64,000 nucleotides of DNA from Candidatus Pacearchaeota archaeon (GTDB lineage: Bacteria; Patescibacteriota; Minisyncoccia; Minisyncoccales; GCA-002788555), in contig DAOSAR010000001.1 in assembly GCA_035360455.1 (NCBI GenBank), forward strand, positions 3,328 to 67,327, read 5' to 3'. A model generated the notes under the pieces. It had not been told where the DNA came from and did not search any database. It saw only the letters and a list, made by a program, of their open reading frames with translations. Shown here one piece after another: positions 1 through 8,598 of the stretch. Both the position numbers and the translations under genes were made by a program. Position 1 is the stretch's first letter. Every line of letters begins with the position of its first letter.

Positions 1-1297
1 TTCCATAAGCAATGTTTTCTTTAACTGTGCCGGAAAAAAGCATTGCTTTTTGAGAAACGTACCCAATACGCGCTCGCAAGTCTTTTTGTTTCATATCACG
101 CACATCTACATCATCAACTAAAACCTGTCCTTCTGTAACATCATAAAAACGAGGAATTAAGTTCAAAATAGTAGACTTACCGCTTCCAGTGCTGCCAATA
201 AAAGCAGTGGTCTGACTAGGAAGAGCGACAAAAGAGATATTATGCAAAACTGGTTCAGCAGCTCCCGGATATGCAAAAGTAACATTTTTAAACTCAACCT
301 TGCCACCACGCCTAGGAGCCTTAACGGGTTTTATTGGGTCTTTTATTTGCACATCGGTCTCTAATACTTCTTCAATTCTATCAACTGAAACAGAAGCTCT
401 TGGAATAGCAATAAAGATTACAGATATCATTAAAAAAGCGGAAACTGCCTGAATTGAATATTGCATAAATGCTAACATATTTCCAACTTGAAGATTGCCT
501 AGCTCAATTTGGTGAGCGCCTAGCCAGACAATAGCTATCATCATAAAATTCATTATAAGCATCATAGCTGGCTGAAGGAGCATTAGTAAACGATTGACAA
601 AAAGATTAAGCCTCGTAAGATCTTCATTTACTTTGTTAAATTTTTCTTCTTCGTGTTTTTCTTTATTAAAAGCCTTTATTACGCGCAAACCGGTAAGAAT
701 TTCTCTTGTCACCAAGTTTAATTTATCTATTAATTTTTGAAGCCAGGCAAATTTTGGAATTACCATCTTAAAAAGCAAGGTAATTATAGCAATTAAGGCA
801 ACAACGGCAGCTCCCATAATCCAAGTCATTGATGGAGCTAATTGATAAGCTTTTAGTGTAGCAAGTACGCCTATTAAAGGAGCCATAATAGCCAATCGAA
901 AAAGCATTGTAAGCACCATTTGAATTTGCTGAACATCGTTTGTGGTACGAGTGATAAGAGAAGCAGTTGAGAATTTATTAAATTCAACAAGTGAAAAATT
1001 TTCTACCTTGGTAAATACTGCATCTCTTAAATTCTTCGCAAATCCCGCCCCAATCCTCGAAGACAAATAATTTACACCTACCGTAGCTAGTCCTCCGCCA
1101 ATAGCAATTAAGATCATAATCAAACCATTCTGTAAAATTACCTTAGTATTCTTGCCAAGTATTCCTTGGTTAATAATTTTTGCCATAAAATCCGGTAAGG
1201 CAAGTGTTGCTGAGGCTTGAAAATATATAAAAACGGCCATTAAAATAAGTGGCCAAATATACGGAGAAAGATATTTTAGAATTTTTGTTCCTTTCAT
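1..1297 (-). CDS. ABC exporter, fused permease/ATPase (MsbA/MdlB-like); C-terminus runs off the window
   Basis: Not in the ORF track (no stop in window). Own translation from ATG at 1297: MKGTKILKYLSPYIWPLILMAVF..., a TM-rich exporter core, then KVEFKNVTFAYPG...FIGSTGSGKSTILNLI (Walker A)...IGYVSQKAMLFSGTVKENIAYG. Confidence 0.85.
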   Translation of the reverse strand, partial: MKGTKILKYLSPYIWPLILMAVFIYFQASATLALPDFMAKIINQGILGKNTKVILQNGLIMILIAIGGGLATVGVNYLSSRIGAGFAKNLRDAVFTKVENFSLVEFNKFSTASLITRTTNDVQQIQMVLTMLFRLAIMAPLIGVLATLKAYQLAPSMTWIMGAAVVALIAIITLLFKMVIPKFAWLQKLIDKLNLVTREILTGLRVIKAFNKEKHEEEKFNKVNEDLTRLNLFVNRLLMLLQPAMMLIMNFMMIAIVWLGAHQIELGNLQVGNMLAFMQYSIQAVSAFLMISVIFIAIPRASVSVDRIEEVLETDVQIKDPIKPVKAPRRGGKVEFKNVTFAYPGAAEPVLHNISFVALPSQTTAFIGSTGSGKSTILNLIPRFYDVTEGQVLVDDVDVRDMKQKDLRARIGYVSQKAMLFSGTVKENIAYG

Positions 1298-1430
1298 TAT
1301 AATTAAAATAGCCAATAATTATAATGGAAAATCCTTTCTTGGTCAATATATTGGGGCAACAATACACACTTTTTTATGCTTTTTGGCTATCTTTTTTAGA
1401 AAACACGAATTCTTCCCTAGAAAGGGTTCC

Positions 1431-1466
1431 AAAATAAAAAACAGGAGTTTTAAAATTCCTGTTTTG
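1431..1466 (-). terminator. Rho-independent terminator-like hairpin downstream of aspS
   Basis: Minus strand reads AACAGGAattttaaaacTCCTGTT followed by TTTTTATTTT. A near-identical hairpin is at 9931..9960. Confidence 0.5.
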
Positions 1467-1651
1467 GTAGACTCTGCTCAACCAACGTTATTAAGAAGAT
1501 GTTTAACAGGAAAGAGGGGTTAAGAAATGAATTTGAGGCCATCACTATTCTCTAGATAAGCACTATATAAAAGAGATGATTTTCCTTTGTCAAATTTTTG
1601 AAATCTGAGAGAAACCACTTTAATGCTTGTTGGAAAAAATGTTAACATAAA

Positions 1652-3043
1652 TTATTTTTGAATATTTATTTTTAATTCTTTGAGCTGTTCCTTTCCAACT
1701 TCGGATGGAGCATTCATCATAAGATCTCTTCCCTCTCCTGTTTTTGGAAAAGTAATAACTTCACGAATATTGGGTTCGTTTTCAAGAAGCATCATTAAGC
1801 GATCAAATCCCCAAGCAATACCTCCATGAGGAGGAGCACCTGATTCCAATGCTTTAATCATATGTCCAAAATCTTTTTTGATTTTTTCTTTGGTATAACC
1901 CATTATTTCAAATACAGAAATAAGAGCTTCTGGTTTGTGATTTCTTATACTTCCTCCAGCTATCTCATAACCATTAAGCACTAAATCATATTGGGTTGTA
2001 ATAATATCTTCTATGTTTCTCTTGTCCATGAGTAAATTCATATACTCTTTTTTGGGAGCTGAAAAGGGATTATGCGTAAATGTCCACTTATCATTATCAT
2101 CTTTTTCAAAAAATGGAAAGTCAGTGACCCAACAAAAAGCAAGTAAATTCTCATCATTTTTATTTTTTCTTAAATCGGGCTTATCGCTCTTGTGCATTTC
2201 CATTGCCTCTTTAAAAGTAATGCGTGGAAATGGTATTTGCTGGATAACTTTTTGCGGATAGCACTTTTTTATTGTCTCAATAATTAATTCTTCATTTAAT
2301 CGCATCACCTCTTTCTCTTCTACAAAGCTCATTTCCATGTCTAATTGCGTAAATTCCGGCTGTCTGTCGCCTCTTGAATCTTCATCTCTAAAGCATCTAG
2401 CAAATTGAAAATACCTTTCAAACCCTGCGCACATTAAAAGCTGTTTGTATTGCTGAGGAGATTGTGGTAGGGCATAAAATTTCCCCGGCTCTAGTCTTGA
2501 AGGAACAATATAATCACGAGAACCCTCTGGTGTTGATTTTGTTAGACACGGAGTTTCTATTTCTACAAAACCCTTTTTGTTTAAAATTTCTCTCATACAT
2601 AATATCGTTTTGTGCCTATCACGAATATTTTTTTGCATCCTTTCGCGTCGCAAATCAATATAGCGATATTTAAGTCTTGCCTCTTCGTTAATATCTTTTC
2701 CATCGCCAGAAATATCAAAAGGTAGCGATGTAGATGTATTAAGAATAGACAACGATAAGGCCTCTACTTCAAGTTCACCATTTAATTCTGTTTTTTTAAC
2801 CATTTTTTCTGGTCTTAGATTTACTTTTCCTTCGATTTCTACAATCCACTCAGGCCTACATTTATTTGCAAACGAATGGACTTCTTTGTGCTTTGGTAAA
2901 ATTAATATTTGAGCTTTTCCAGTTGCATCTCTTAGAACTAAAAAAATCAATTTCCCATGATCACGCCGCGCATCTACCCAACCGTTTATTTTCACTTCTT
3001 TTCCTATGTGTTTTTTTAGATCTTTTATATATGTTCTTTGCAT
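1652..3043 (-). CDS. aspS: Aspartyl-tRNA synthetase, bacterial-type core but short (463 aa)
   Basis: FYALPQSPQQYKQLLMCAGFERYFQFARCFRDEDSRGDRQPEFTQLDMEMSF (class II motif 2 region), GGSIRNH, GGIAWGFDRLMMLL (motif 3). Confidence 0.92.
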   Translation of the reverse strand: MQRTYIKDLKKHIGKEVKINGWVDARRDHGKLIFLVLRDATGKAQILILPKHKEVHSFANKCRPEWIVEIEGKVNLRPEKMVKKTELNGELEVEALSLSILNTSTSLPFDISGDGKDINEEARLKYRYIDLRRERMQKNIRDRHKTILCMREILNKKGFVEIETPCLTKSTPEGSRDYIVPSRLEPGKFYALPQSPQQYKQLLMCAGFERYFQFARCFRDEDSRGDRQPEFTQLDMEMSFVEEKEVMRLNEELIIETIKKCYPQKVIQQIPFPRITFKEAMEMHKSDKPDLRKNKNDENLLAFCWVTDFPFFEKDDNDKWTFTHNPFSAPKKEYMNLLMDKRNIEDIITTQYDLVLNGYEIAGGSIRNHKPEALISVFEIMGYTKEKIKKDFGHMIKALESGAPPHGGIAWGFDRLMMLLENEPNIREVITFPKTGEGRDLMMNAPSEVGKEQLKELKINIQK

Positions 3044-3270
3044 AGATATAAAAATATTTAATAACGTTTAAAATAAGTCTGTTATCTTTTTATGTATTCT
3101 TATAAAGTTACAATGTCTTGTTTGGCTCTATCCTTCTAAGGTTCTAGGCAAATATTCAAAAATGTTTTAAATTAAGTAACATTGTGAACGGTGTCATAAA
3201 AATAACTCAACAGCAAACTGAGTATATTTATATCCCAGGTTTAAATTTATAACAATAATATTTTATCACA

Positions 3271-3378
3271 TTTTACCCTACCCCTCAACTCACTATATCT
3301 CAGATGGGGGGAATAAGCGAGGTTGGGATCTTTACAGATAGTTCTCCTGCACAAAATTTGAAAAATATAAGAACCTCG
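3271..3378. repeat. Conserved intergenic element, copy 1 (TTTACC-N16-TATATC core plus about 70 nt)
   Basis: TTTACCctacccctcaactcacTATATCtcagatgggg...gcacaaaatttgaaaaatataagaacc aligns with 10073..10183. It lies directly 3' of the stop of ORF 3392..3610. Confidence 0.6.
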
Positions 3379-3391
3379 CTTTTATGTACCT

Positions 3392-3610
3392 TTATAATTC
3401 TTTATAGCTCTTTTCAAAAATATCTTTTTTTTCAACAGGAAGTTCAATTTCAATAGTAGTGCCTCCTATATATTCATTATTTTTTATTTTTACTTTTCCT
3501 CCACACTCTTCTACTACCTTTATATCTTCTTTTAAATCTCGTTTCTTTTTTAAAATAGTAAGTTTGTTTTTAATAAAAACAAATGGTTTCATATAGAATT
3601 TCATATACAA
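3392..3610 (-). pseudogene. Small ORF, possible C-terminal remnant of a histidine-kinase ATPase domain
   Basis: GGKVKIKNNEYIGGTTIEIELPV resembles the G2-box/C-terminal strand of the adjacent kinase (NGKIWAESQGKGKGSTFYVELPV). The N-terminal half has no kinase similarity. Confidence 0.35.
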
Positions 3611-3635
3611 CTTTGTTTTATTAAACTTTTTTTAT

Positions 3636-5291
3636 TTATTTTACGGGTAGCTCAACATAGAAGGTGGAACCCTTACCTTTGCCTTGGGATTCTGCCCAGA
3701 TTTTGCCATTGTGGGCTTTAACAATTTCTGAGGCAAAGTAGAGGCCTATGCCAACTCCGGAAGGGTTGGTGGAAACTGCATCTTTGGATCTTTCGAATAC
3801 TTGAAAGAGTTTTTCTTTTTCTTTTGGGGTCATACCCATGCCTGTATCTTGAACAATAGTTAGAATAGTTCTTGAGTTGTTGTTGTGCTGTACACTTATT
3901 GTAACTCCACCTTCTTTTGTGTATTTTAGAGCATTGTCAACAAGATTTAAGATAACTTCTCTTAGTTTTTGGGAATCAGCTGTTATTTTGGGTAGGGGGT
4001 GTTTGGGTTTGTTGAATTTAAGGTAGAGATTGTATTTTTGGGCTTCGGGCTGGAATTCATTAACTACTTCTTGGATAATATCTTCTAACTGAACGTTGTC
4101 TTGAAAACTAAATTGAAGTTTGCCTGTTTGGAGTTTGTTGAGATCTAAAAGATCATTTACTAAGTTTATTTCTTTTTCGTTTGATCTTTTAACTTCTTCG
4201 ATGAACTCTCTTGCTTTGCCTTGTACTTTGCCGTAGTTACCAGATAGGGCTAGTTCTAAATATCCTTTCATACTGGAGAGAGGGGTTCTGAGTTGATGGG
4301 AAGCAAGGCTGAGGAACATTGTTTTAGTTTCATCTAACCTTTTGTACTCGTTAGCTACTTTTTCTGCTTTTTTTCTTAGGGCTCTTTCTCTGATAGCTAA
4401 CTTTTCAGCTTCTTCTCTTTTTTTCTCTTCTTCGTGAGAGTAGTTTATAAGCTGGTGACCAAGAAAACAGAAAAAAAGAAAGATAGCTAAGCTTGATATT
4501 CTCCAGGTAAGAGTAGGAGCTAAGAATACTTGGATTAGCAATAATATTCCCATTACTCCTACCAAAAGATCAGTTAAAATTACCCTAACTCCAAAAAGTT
4601 GTTTTGCTATTATTGCATAAGCAGTAAAACCTACAAAAAAGATAGAAGAATAGTTACCAAAACGATAATAGATGTCTGAACCAGTAAGAAGAGGAAAAAT
4701 AATGTTAAATACTATGCTAAATAAAGCAAAAATTCCTATCCCCACAAGAAAGTACTGAAGTTGCTTCTTTTCTTGCGCAGAAAGTTTTTTGTACCCTTTT
4801 AAAATTATAAATAAGCAAAAACCCAAAAGGAAAATAATATATGGAAAAAAACAAAAATAATATAATGGCCCGTAAATCAAGTCAAAACTTCCATCTAGGT
4901 GTATAAAAATATTTTTTATTCCAAAAGATGTAAACAAAAATAAAAGGAAAATAAAGAAAGAAATATAAAAAATAATTTTGAAAATATCTTTTTTGAGTAC
5001 AGGAAAAATTTCATAGAAATAAGTTAAAATAAAGAAAAAAATAAAAGTTGCTGAAAGTAAACTACTACTAACAGCTATTTTACTAAAAAGGAGAGAAAGA
5101 GATGGATTTGTCAATGGGAAAAATTCAGAAACATAGGCACTAATAATCCAAAGAATTATTGATAAAGAGAAATAGAAGAAAAATCGATATTTCTGTTTTT
5201 TTGAATTTTTCAAAAAAACCACCAATCCTAAGAAAAAATTTCCTAAAGAGATTATTATTACAAGAATTGTTTCCCAAGTTCCTAATATCAT
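3636..5291 (-). CDS. Sensor histidine kinase with a large polytopic membrane sensor region
   Basis: About 280 aa of TM helices, a coiled coil, H-box SHQLRTPLSSMKGY, N-box LVDNALKYT, G1 DTGMGM, G2 GVGIGL. Confidence 0.88.
   Translation of the reverse strand: MILGTWETILVIIISLGNFFLGLVVFLKNSKKQKYRFFFYFSLSIILWIISAYVSEFFPLTNPSLSLLFSKIAVSSSLLSATFIFFFILTYFYEIFPVLKKDIFKIIFYISFFIFLLFLFTSFGIKNIFIHLDGSFDLIYGPLYYFCFFPYIIFLLGFCLFIILKGYKKLSAQEKKQLQYFLVGIGIFALFSIVFNIIFPLLTGSDIYYRFGNYSSIFFVGFTAYAIIAKQLFGVRVILTDLLVGVMGILLLIQVFLAPTLTWRISSLAIFLFFCFLGHQLINYSHEEEKKREEAEKLAIRERALRKKAEKVANEYKRLDETKTMFLSLASHQLRTPLSSMKGYLELALSGNYGKVQGKAREFIEEVKRSNEKEINLVNDLLDLNKLQTGKLQFSFQDNVQLEDIIQEVVNEFQPEAQKYNLYLKFNKPKHPLPKITADSQKLREVILNLVDNALKYTKEGGVTISVQHNNNSRTILTIVQDTGMGMTPKEKEKLFQVFERSKDAVSTNPSGVGIGLYFASEIVKAHNGKIWAESQGKGKGSTFYVELPVK
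4287..4560. repeat. 274-bp direct repeat, copy A (last TM, linker and H-box start of the kinase)
   Basis: Aligns without indels to 7633..7906, with about 14 mismatches by hand count (roughly 95% identity). Flanking kinase sequence is much more diverged. Confidence 0.9.
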
Positions 5292-5294
5292 ATT

Positions 5295-6782
5295 TTAAAA
5301 TAAATTTTTAGGTTTCACTTTTTTATTTTCTTCTCCAAATGGTCCTTGTCTAAAAGTGAATATTTTAATTAAGGGATCAACAAATTGTGGAGATTTCTGA
5401 TAAGCATCTTTAAAATCAATATCATTTAACAATGTATTTAAAATTACATCGTGATATTTTTTTATAATTTTATTTTGATTTTTAAAAGATATACCTGGTA
5501 AAGTTTCCAAGTACACAACGAAATGAGGATTATTTTCTTTTTCTTCAATGCCTATTTTAAAATTGTTTATAAAATTTTCCCCTAAAGAATCTATTGCTAT
5601 TTTAACTTGTTCAGGATAAATATTGGCACCAAGGCAAATAACCGCTTGGTCTGTTCTCCCCTTTAAAAATACAAAAGGCCATTTTATTGGTTTTTTCGAA
5701 AATCTATTTTCTTTTAACTCTTCGATTTCGATGTTTTTTTCTATTTCATTAAATTTCTTTACTTCTCCTCTGTCTTTAATTCTATATCTTATAATTGGAA
5801 GTTGGCAAAATTCAAAATTTCTAGTAATTATCAATTCATTATTAATTTCTTCTATATATACTAAAAGAGGAATATATTGGAACACTGAAAAATGTTGTTT
5901 AAATTTAGACGAGTTGTTTAAAAATATTTTTTGAAATAGATTTGAAAATGGGGTAGAAATTGCCATTATACCAGTTTCGCTTGCGCTATACATATCAATT
6001 ATTTCAGATATTAAATTAATATGAAGTTTTTCAGATAAAAAATTTTTAAAATTCCAGGTGAGAGGTTCGCCTGCGCAAAGAGGAATTATTTTATAATCCT
6101 CCCAATTTAATTTTCTTTTATCTCCTTCTTGGATAATTAAACGGAAAAAAGAAGGATAAGTAGAAATTATAACAAAATCATAAAATTTTCCCGTTTCTTC
6201 AAGTAAACCTACTATAGTCTCAGGAGAAAGTCCACACAAGGCAACACTTAATTGATACTTTGAATTTTTTCCAATTTCGATAGAAAAAAGAGTGGCCACA
6301 ATACTAGCATACCAAGTTCCAAGAGCAAATGCATTAATATATAAAACCTTTTTTTCAGAAAAATCTAAAAGATATTCAAGATAAATTTTAATCGATGAAG
6401 GATCGAATTCTTTTTGAAAATGAGATTGGAGCAATGGTTTTCCCGTAGTTCCTCCAGAAGTAGAAAAGATAAAAGGGAATGAAGAAGATGGCTTCGATCT
6501 TTCTTGAAGAGAGTATTGATTTGTATAATTTTCTTTGGTAGTAAGGGGTACATACTTTTTAAAATCATCTATTGTTTTAATCTTGGTATGGTCTTGAATT
6601 TCGTGTTTTTTAAGAAAGTCCCTGTAGGCAGGAACTTTCTCAGCAGCTTCATGAAAGGTTTTTAGAGCAAGATTCTCTCCTTGCTTTTCCCAAAAATCTG
6701 GTTTCATTGAAGTCATAAACCAGATTGCTCTTTTTGGATTGGACATTATGAGGTTTTGCATTATATCAGTAAATTTTGCCAT
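5295..6782 (-). CDS. Adenylate-forming enzyme, phenylacetate-CoA ligase / coenzyme F390 synthetase family (ANL superfamily)
   Basis: FSTSGGTTGKP (P-loop-like AMP motif), YSASETG, IRYRIKDRG, LKGRTDQAVICLGANIYPEQV. Same motif order as PaaK. Confidence 0.72.
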   Translation of the reverse strand: MAKFTDIMQNLIMSNPKRAIWFMTSMKPDFWEKQGENLALKTFHEAAEKVPAYRDFLKKHEIQDHTKIKTIDDFKKYVPLTTKENYTNQYSLQERSKPSSSFPFIFSTSGGTTGKPLLQSHFQKEFDPSSIKIYLEYLLDFSEKKVLYINAFALGTWYASIVATLFSIEIGKNSKYQLSVALCGLSPETIVGLLEETGKFYDFVIISTYPSFFRLIIQEGDKRKLNWEDYKIIPLCAGEPLTWNFKNFLSEKLHINLISEIIDMYSASETGIMAISTPFSNLFQKIFLNNSSKFKQHFSVFQYIPLLVYIEEINNELIITRNFEFCQLPIIRYRIKDRGEVKKFNEIEKNIEIEELKENRFSKKPIKWPFVFLKGRTDQAVICLGANIYPEQVKIAIDSLGENFINNFKIGIEEKENNPHFVVYLETLPGISFKNQNKIIKKYHDVILNTLLNDIDFKDAYQKSPQFVDPLIKIFTFRQGPFGEENKKVKPKNLF

Positions 6783-6801
6783 AGATTTATTTATTATTAA
6801 A

Positions 6802-7584
6802 TTATACCTCTTCCCACAAATCTAAAAATATGGGTTGGGGAGCTTTTTTAAGTGGTTGACCTGAAAGCCACTTTACTATTCCATTAACAACTATTGAGGA
6901 AGTAAGATAAGTAGTAGCGCCAAGCTGAGGACCTGATAGTTCAGAAAGATTTTTTTGACCCATTTTTTTGTAAAACTGTAAAAGATCGGCTGGAAAGGTC
7001 GAGAAAGTATTTTGAAGAAGTTTTAAATAAAATCTATTGTCGCGATAAGTTTCTTCGCCTACAATTTCTCTTAATTTTGGAGAATCAGGGGTAAAAACTA
7101 AAACATAACCTCCCCAAGCAATATTTAAAGGGAAAAAAACTGGCTTTCCTGTATCTTGAGAGTAATCATTAACAAAATATAAAATTTCTTCTGGATCAGC
7201 CATATTTACTACTACATCTGATTTATCTATTAGTTCTTTGGCTAATTTTTTGCTTCTTAAAAAAATAGGATAATACTCAACATTAGCTTTTGGATTTATT
7301 TCTTTTATCATTGAAGCAAGGGCCTCAGCTTTGTTTTTTCCTATGTGTTTATATCTAAAAGCTTGACGGTTAAGATTACTAATATCTACCTTGTCTCCAT
7401 CAATTAAGACAAAGTTCATAAAACCGGTTCTGGCAGCTAAAACTCCAATTTGAGCTCCAAGGCCACAACCCAACAGCATAATTTTGCATTTTTTAATTTT
7501 CTCTTGAAGCTTTTTGGGGATAATGAATTTGTGTCTTAAAACTAAATCTTTATAATTTAAGTTTGGTTTAGAATTTTTTGCCAT
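6802..7584 (-). CDS. E1-like adenylyltransferase, ThiF/MoeB/HesA family (260 aa, no CxxC zinc motifs)
   Basis: KIMLLGCGLGAQIGVLAARTG (Rossmann GxGxxG-like), LIDGDKVDISNLNRQ, KNKAEALASMIKEINP. Confidence 0.75.
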   Translation of the reverse strand: MAKNSKPNLNYKDLVLRHKFIIPKKLQEKIKKCKIMLLGCGLGAQIGVLAARTGFMNFVLIDGDKVDISNLNRQAFRYKHIGKNKAEALASMIKEINPKANVEYYPIFLRSKKLAKELIDKSDVVVNMADPEEILYFVNDYSQDTGKPVFFPLNIAWGGYVLVFTPDSPKLREIVGEETYRDNRFYLKLLQNTFSTFPADLLQFYKKMGQKNLSELSGPQLGATTYLTSSIVVNGIVKWLSGQPLKKAPQPIFLDLWEEV

Positions 7585-7611
7585 ATTATTAATTATTATT
7601 TTACGCTCTTT

Positions 7612-8598
7612 TTAATAAGAATTGCAAGAAACTCTGAGTTGATGGGAGGCAAGGTTGAGGAACATTGTTTTAGTTTGGTCTAAACTCTTGTACTCGTTAG
7701 CTACTTTTTCTGCTTTTTTTCTTAGGGCTCTTTCTCTGATCGCTAACTTCTCAGCTTCCTCTCTTTTTTTCTCTTCTTCGTGAGAGTAGCTTATAAGCTG
7801 GTGACCAAGAAAACAGAAAAAAAGAAAGATAGCTAAGCTTGATATTCTCCAGGTAAGAGTGGGAGCTAAAAATACTTGGATTAGCAATAATATTCCCATA
7901 ATTCCTACTAACATTTCTGTCAGAATAACCTTGATGTTAAAGAGATGATATTTGAGAATGGCAAAGGCAATGATTAGAGGGTAAAGAAATATTACAAAGT
8001 TTCCATAAGGATATAGTTCAAATCCATACCATTGAGGAAGATTAAAAAGACCGCCTATAGCAGCTATTCCTAAGGCTAAAATAAAATAACCAATCTGTTT
8101 TTTCTTTTCTCCTGTTAGGTGGAAATAATTTTTAATTAATGTTCCAAAAGTGATAACAACCAAGGTTAATCCCCAAACAATATTTAAATTAGCTACTATT
8201 CCTGCCTGCGGCCAATAAGAATAAAAAGAATAAGTCTTAAGCTTTGAAATAAAGAAGGGTGTGAATATCAAAATTATTATTAAAAAACTTATTGAATACA
8301 ACAAAATTAAACTTTTTTTTCTTCTTCCTTCTAAATTTAAAAGAATTAAACCAAGATGATAAAGAAATACTGATGAAAAAATTGAACCGACCATTAATAA
8401 TCTAAGAAAAAATAGACTTTTTTCTTCATTTTGAACTGCTTGCCAAAATCCATAATTTAACTGCCAAAAAGATAATGCCAAGCTAAACAAAAAGAAAATT
8501 TGATTTTCTTTTTTACTTTTATTCCTGAAATAAACAAAAATACCTAAAATTAAAATTAAAAAACAATTTATAAATCCTGAAAAAGCGAGAATACTCAT
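7612..8598 (-). CDS. Truncated sensor kinase paralog: TM sensor, linker and H-box start only, no catalytic domain
   Basis: A diverged polytopic N-terminus, then about 90 aa near-identical to the 551-aa kinase, ending ...LASHQLRVSCNSY*. Its start overlaps the methyltransferase stop (ATGA). Confidence 0.7.
   Translation of the reverse strand: MSILAFSGFINCFLILILGIFVYFRNKSKKENQIFFLFSLALSFWQLNYGFWQAVQNEEKSLFFLRLLMVGSIFSSVFLYHLGLILLNLEGRRKKSLILLYSISFLIIILIFTPFFISKLKTYSFYSYWPQAGIVANLNIVWGLTLVVITFGTLIKNYFHLTGEKKKQIGYFILALGIAAIGGLFNLPQWYGFELYPYGNFVIFLYPLIIAFAILKYHLFNIKVILTEMLVGIMGILLLIQVFLAPTLTWRISSLAIFLFFCFLGHQLISYSHEEEKKREEAEKLAIRERALRKKAEKVANEYKSLDQTKTMFLNLASHQLRVSCNSY
7633..7906. repeat. 274-bp direct repeat, copy B
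   Basis: See 4287..4560. Homology begins 21 nt after the stop codon side of the truncated ORF (tctgagttgatggga...). Confidence 0.9.

Noticed and set aside
1170-1367. 65-aa ORF in the track
   Set aside because: It overlaps, out of frame, the 5' end of the ABC exporter gene (start 1297) and has a low-complexity product.
3286-3300. ACTCACTATA in three intergenic copies resembles the T7-class phage promoter core (GACTCACTATAG)
   Set aside because: Only 9-10 nt match and the upstream TAATAC part is absent. No single-subunit RNA polymerase or phage genes are in the window. The conserved TTTACC box 16 nt upstream fits a bacterial-type promoter or a structural element better.
3044-3391. T-box leader upstream of aspS
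   Set aside because: Reading the minus strand, I find no T-box consensus (AANNNGGGTGGTACCGCG-like), no specifier-loop architecture and no terminator/antiterminator pair next to the start codon.
4287-7906. The two near-identical kinase segments as template and variable repeats of a diversity-generating retroelement
   Set aside because: The ~14 mismatches are a mix of transitions and transversions at all four bases, not adenine-specific. No reverse transcriptase ORF is present.
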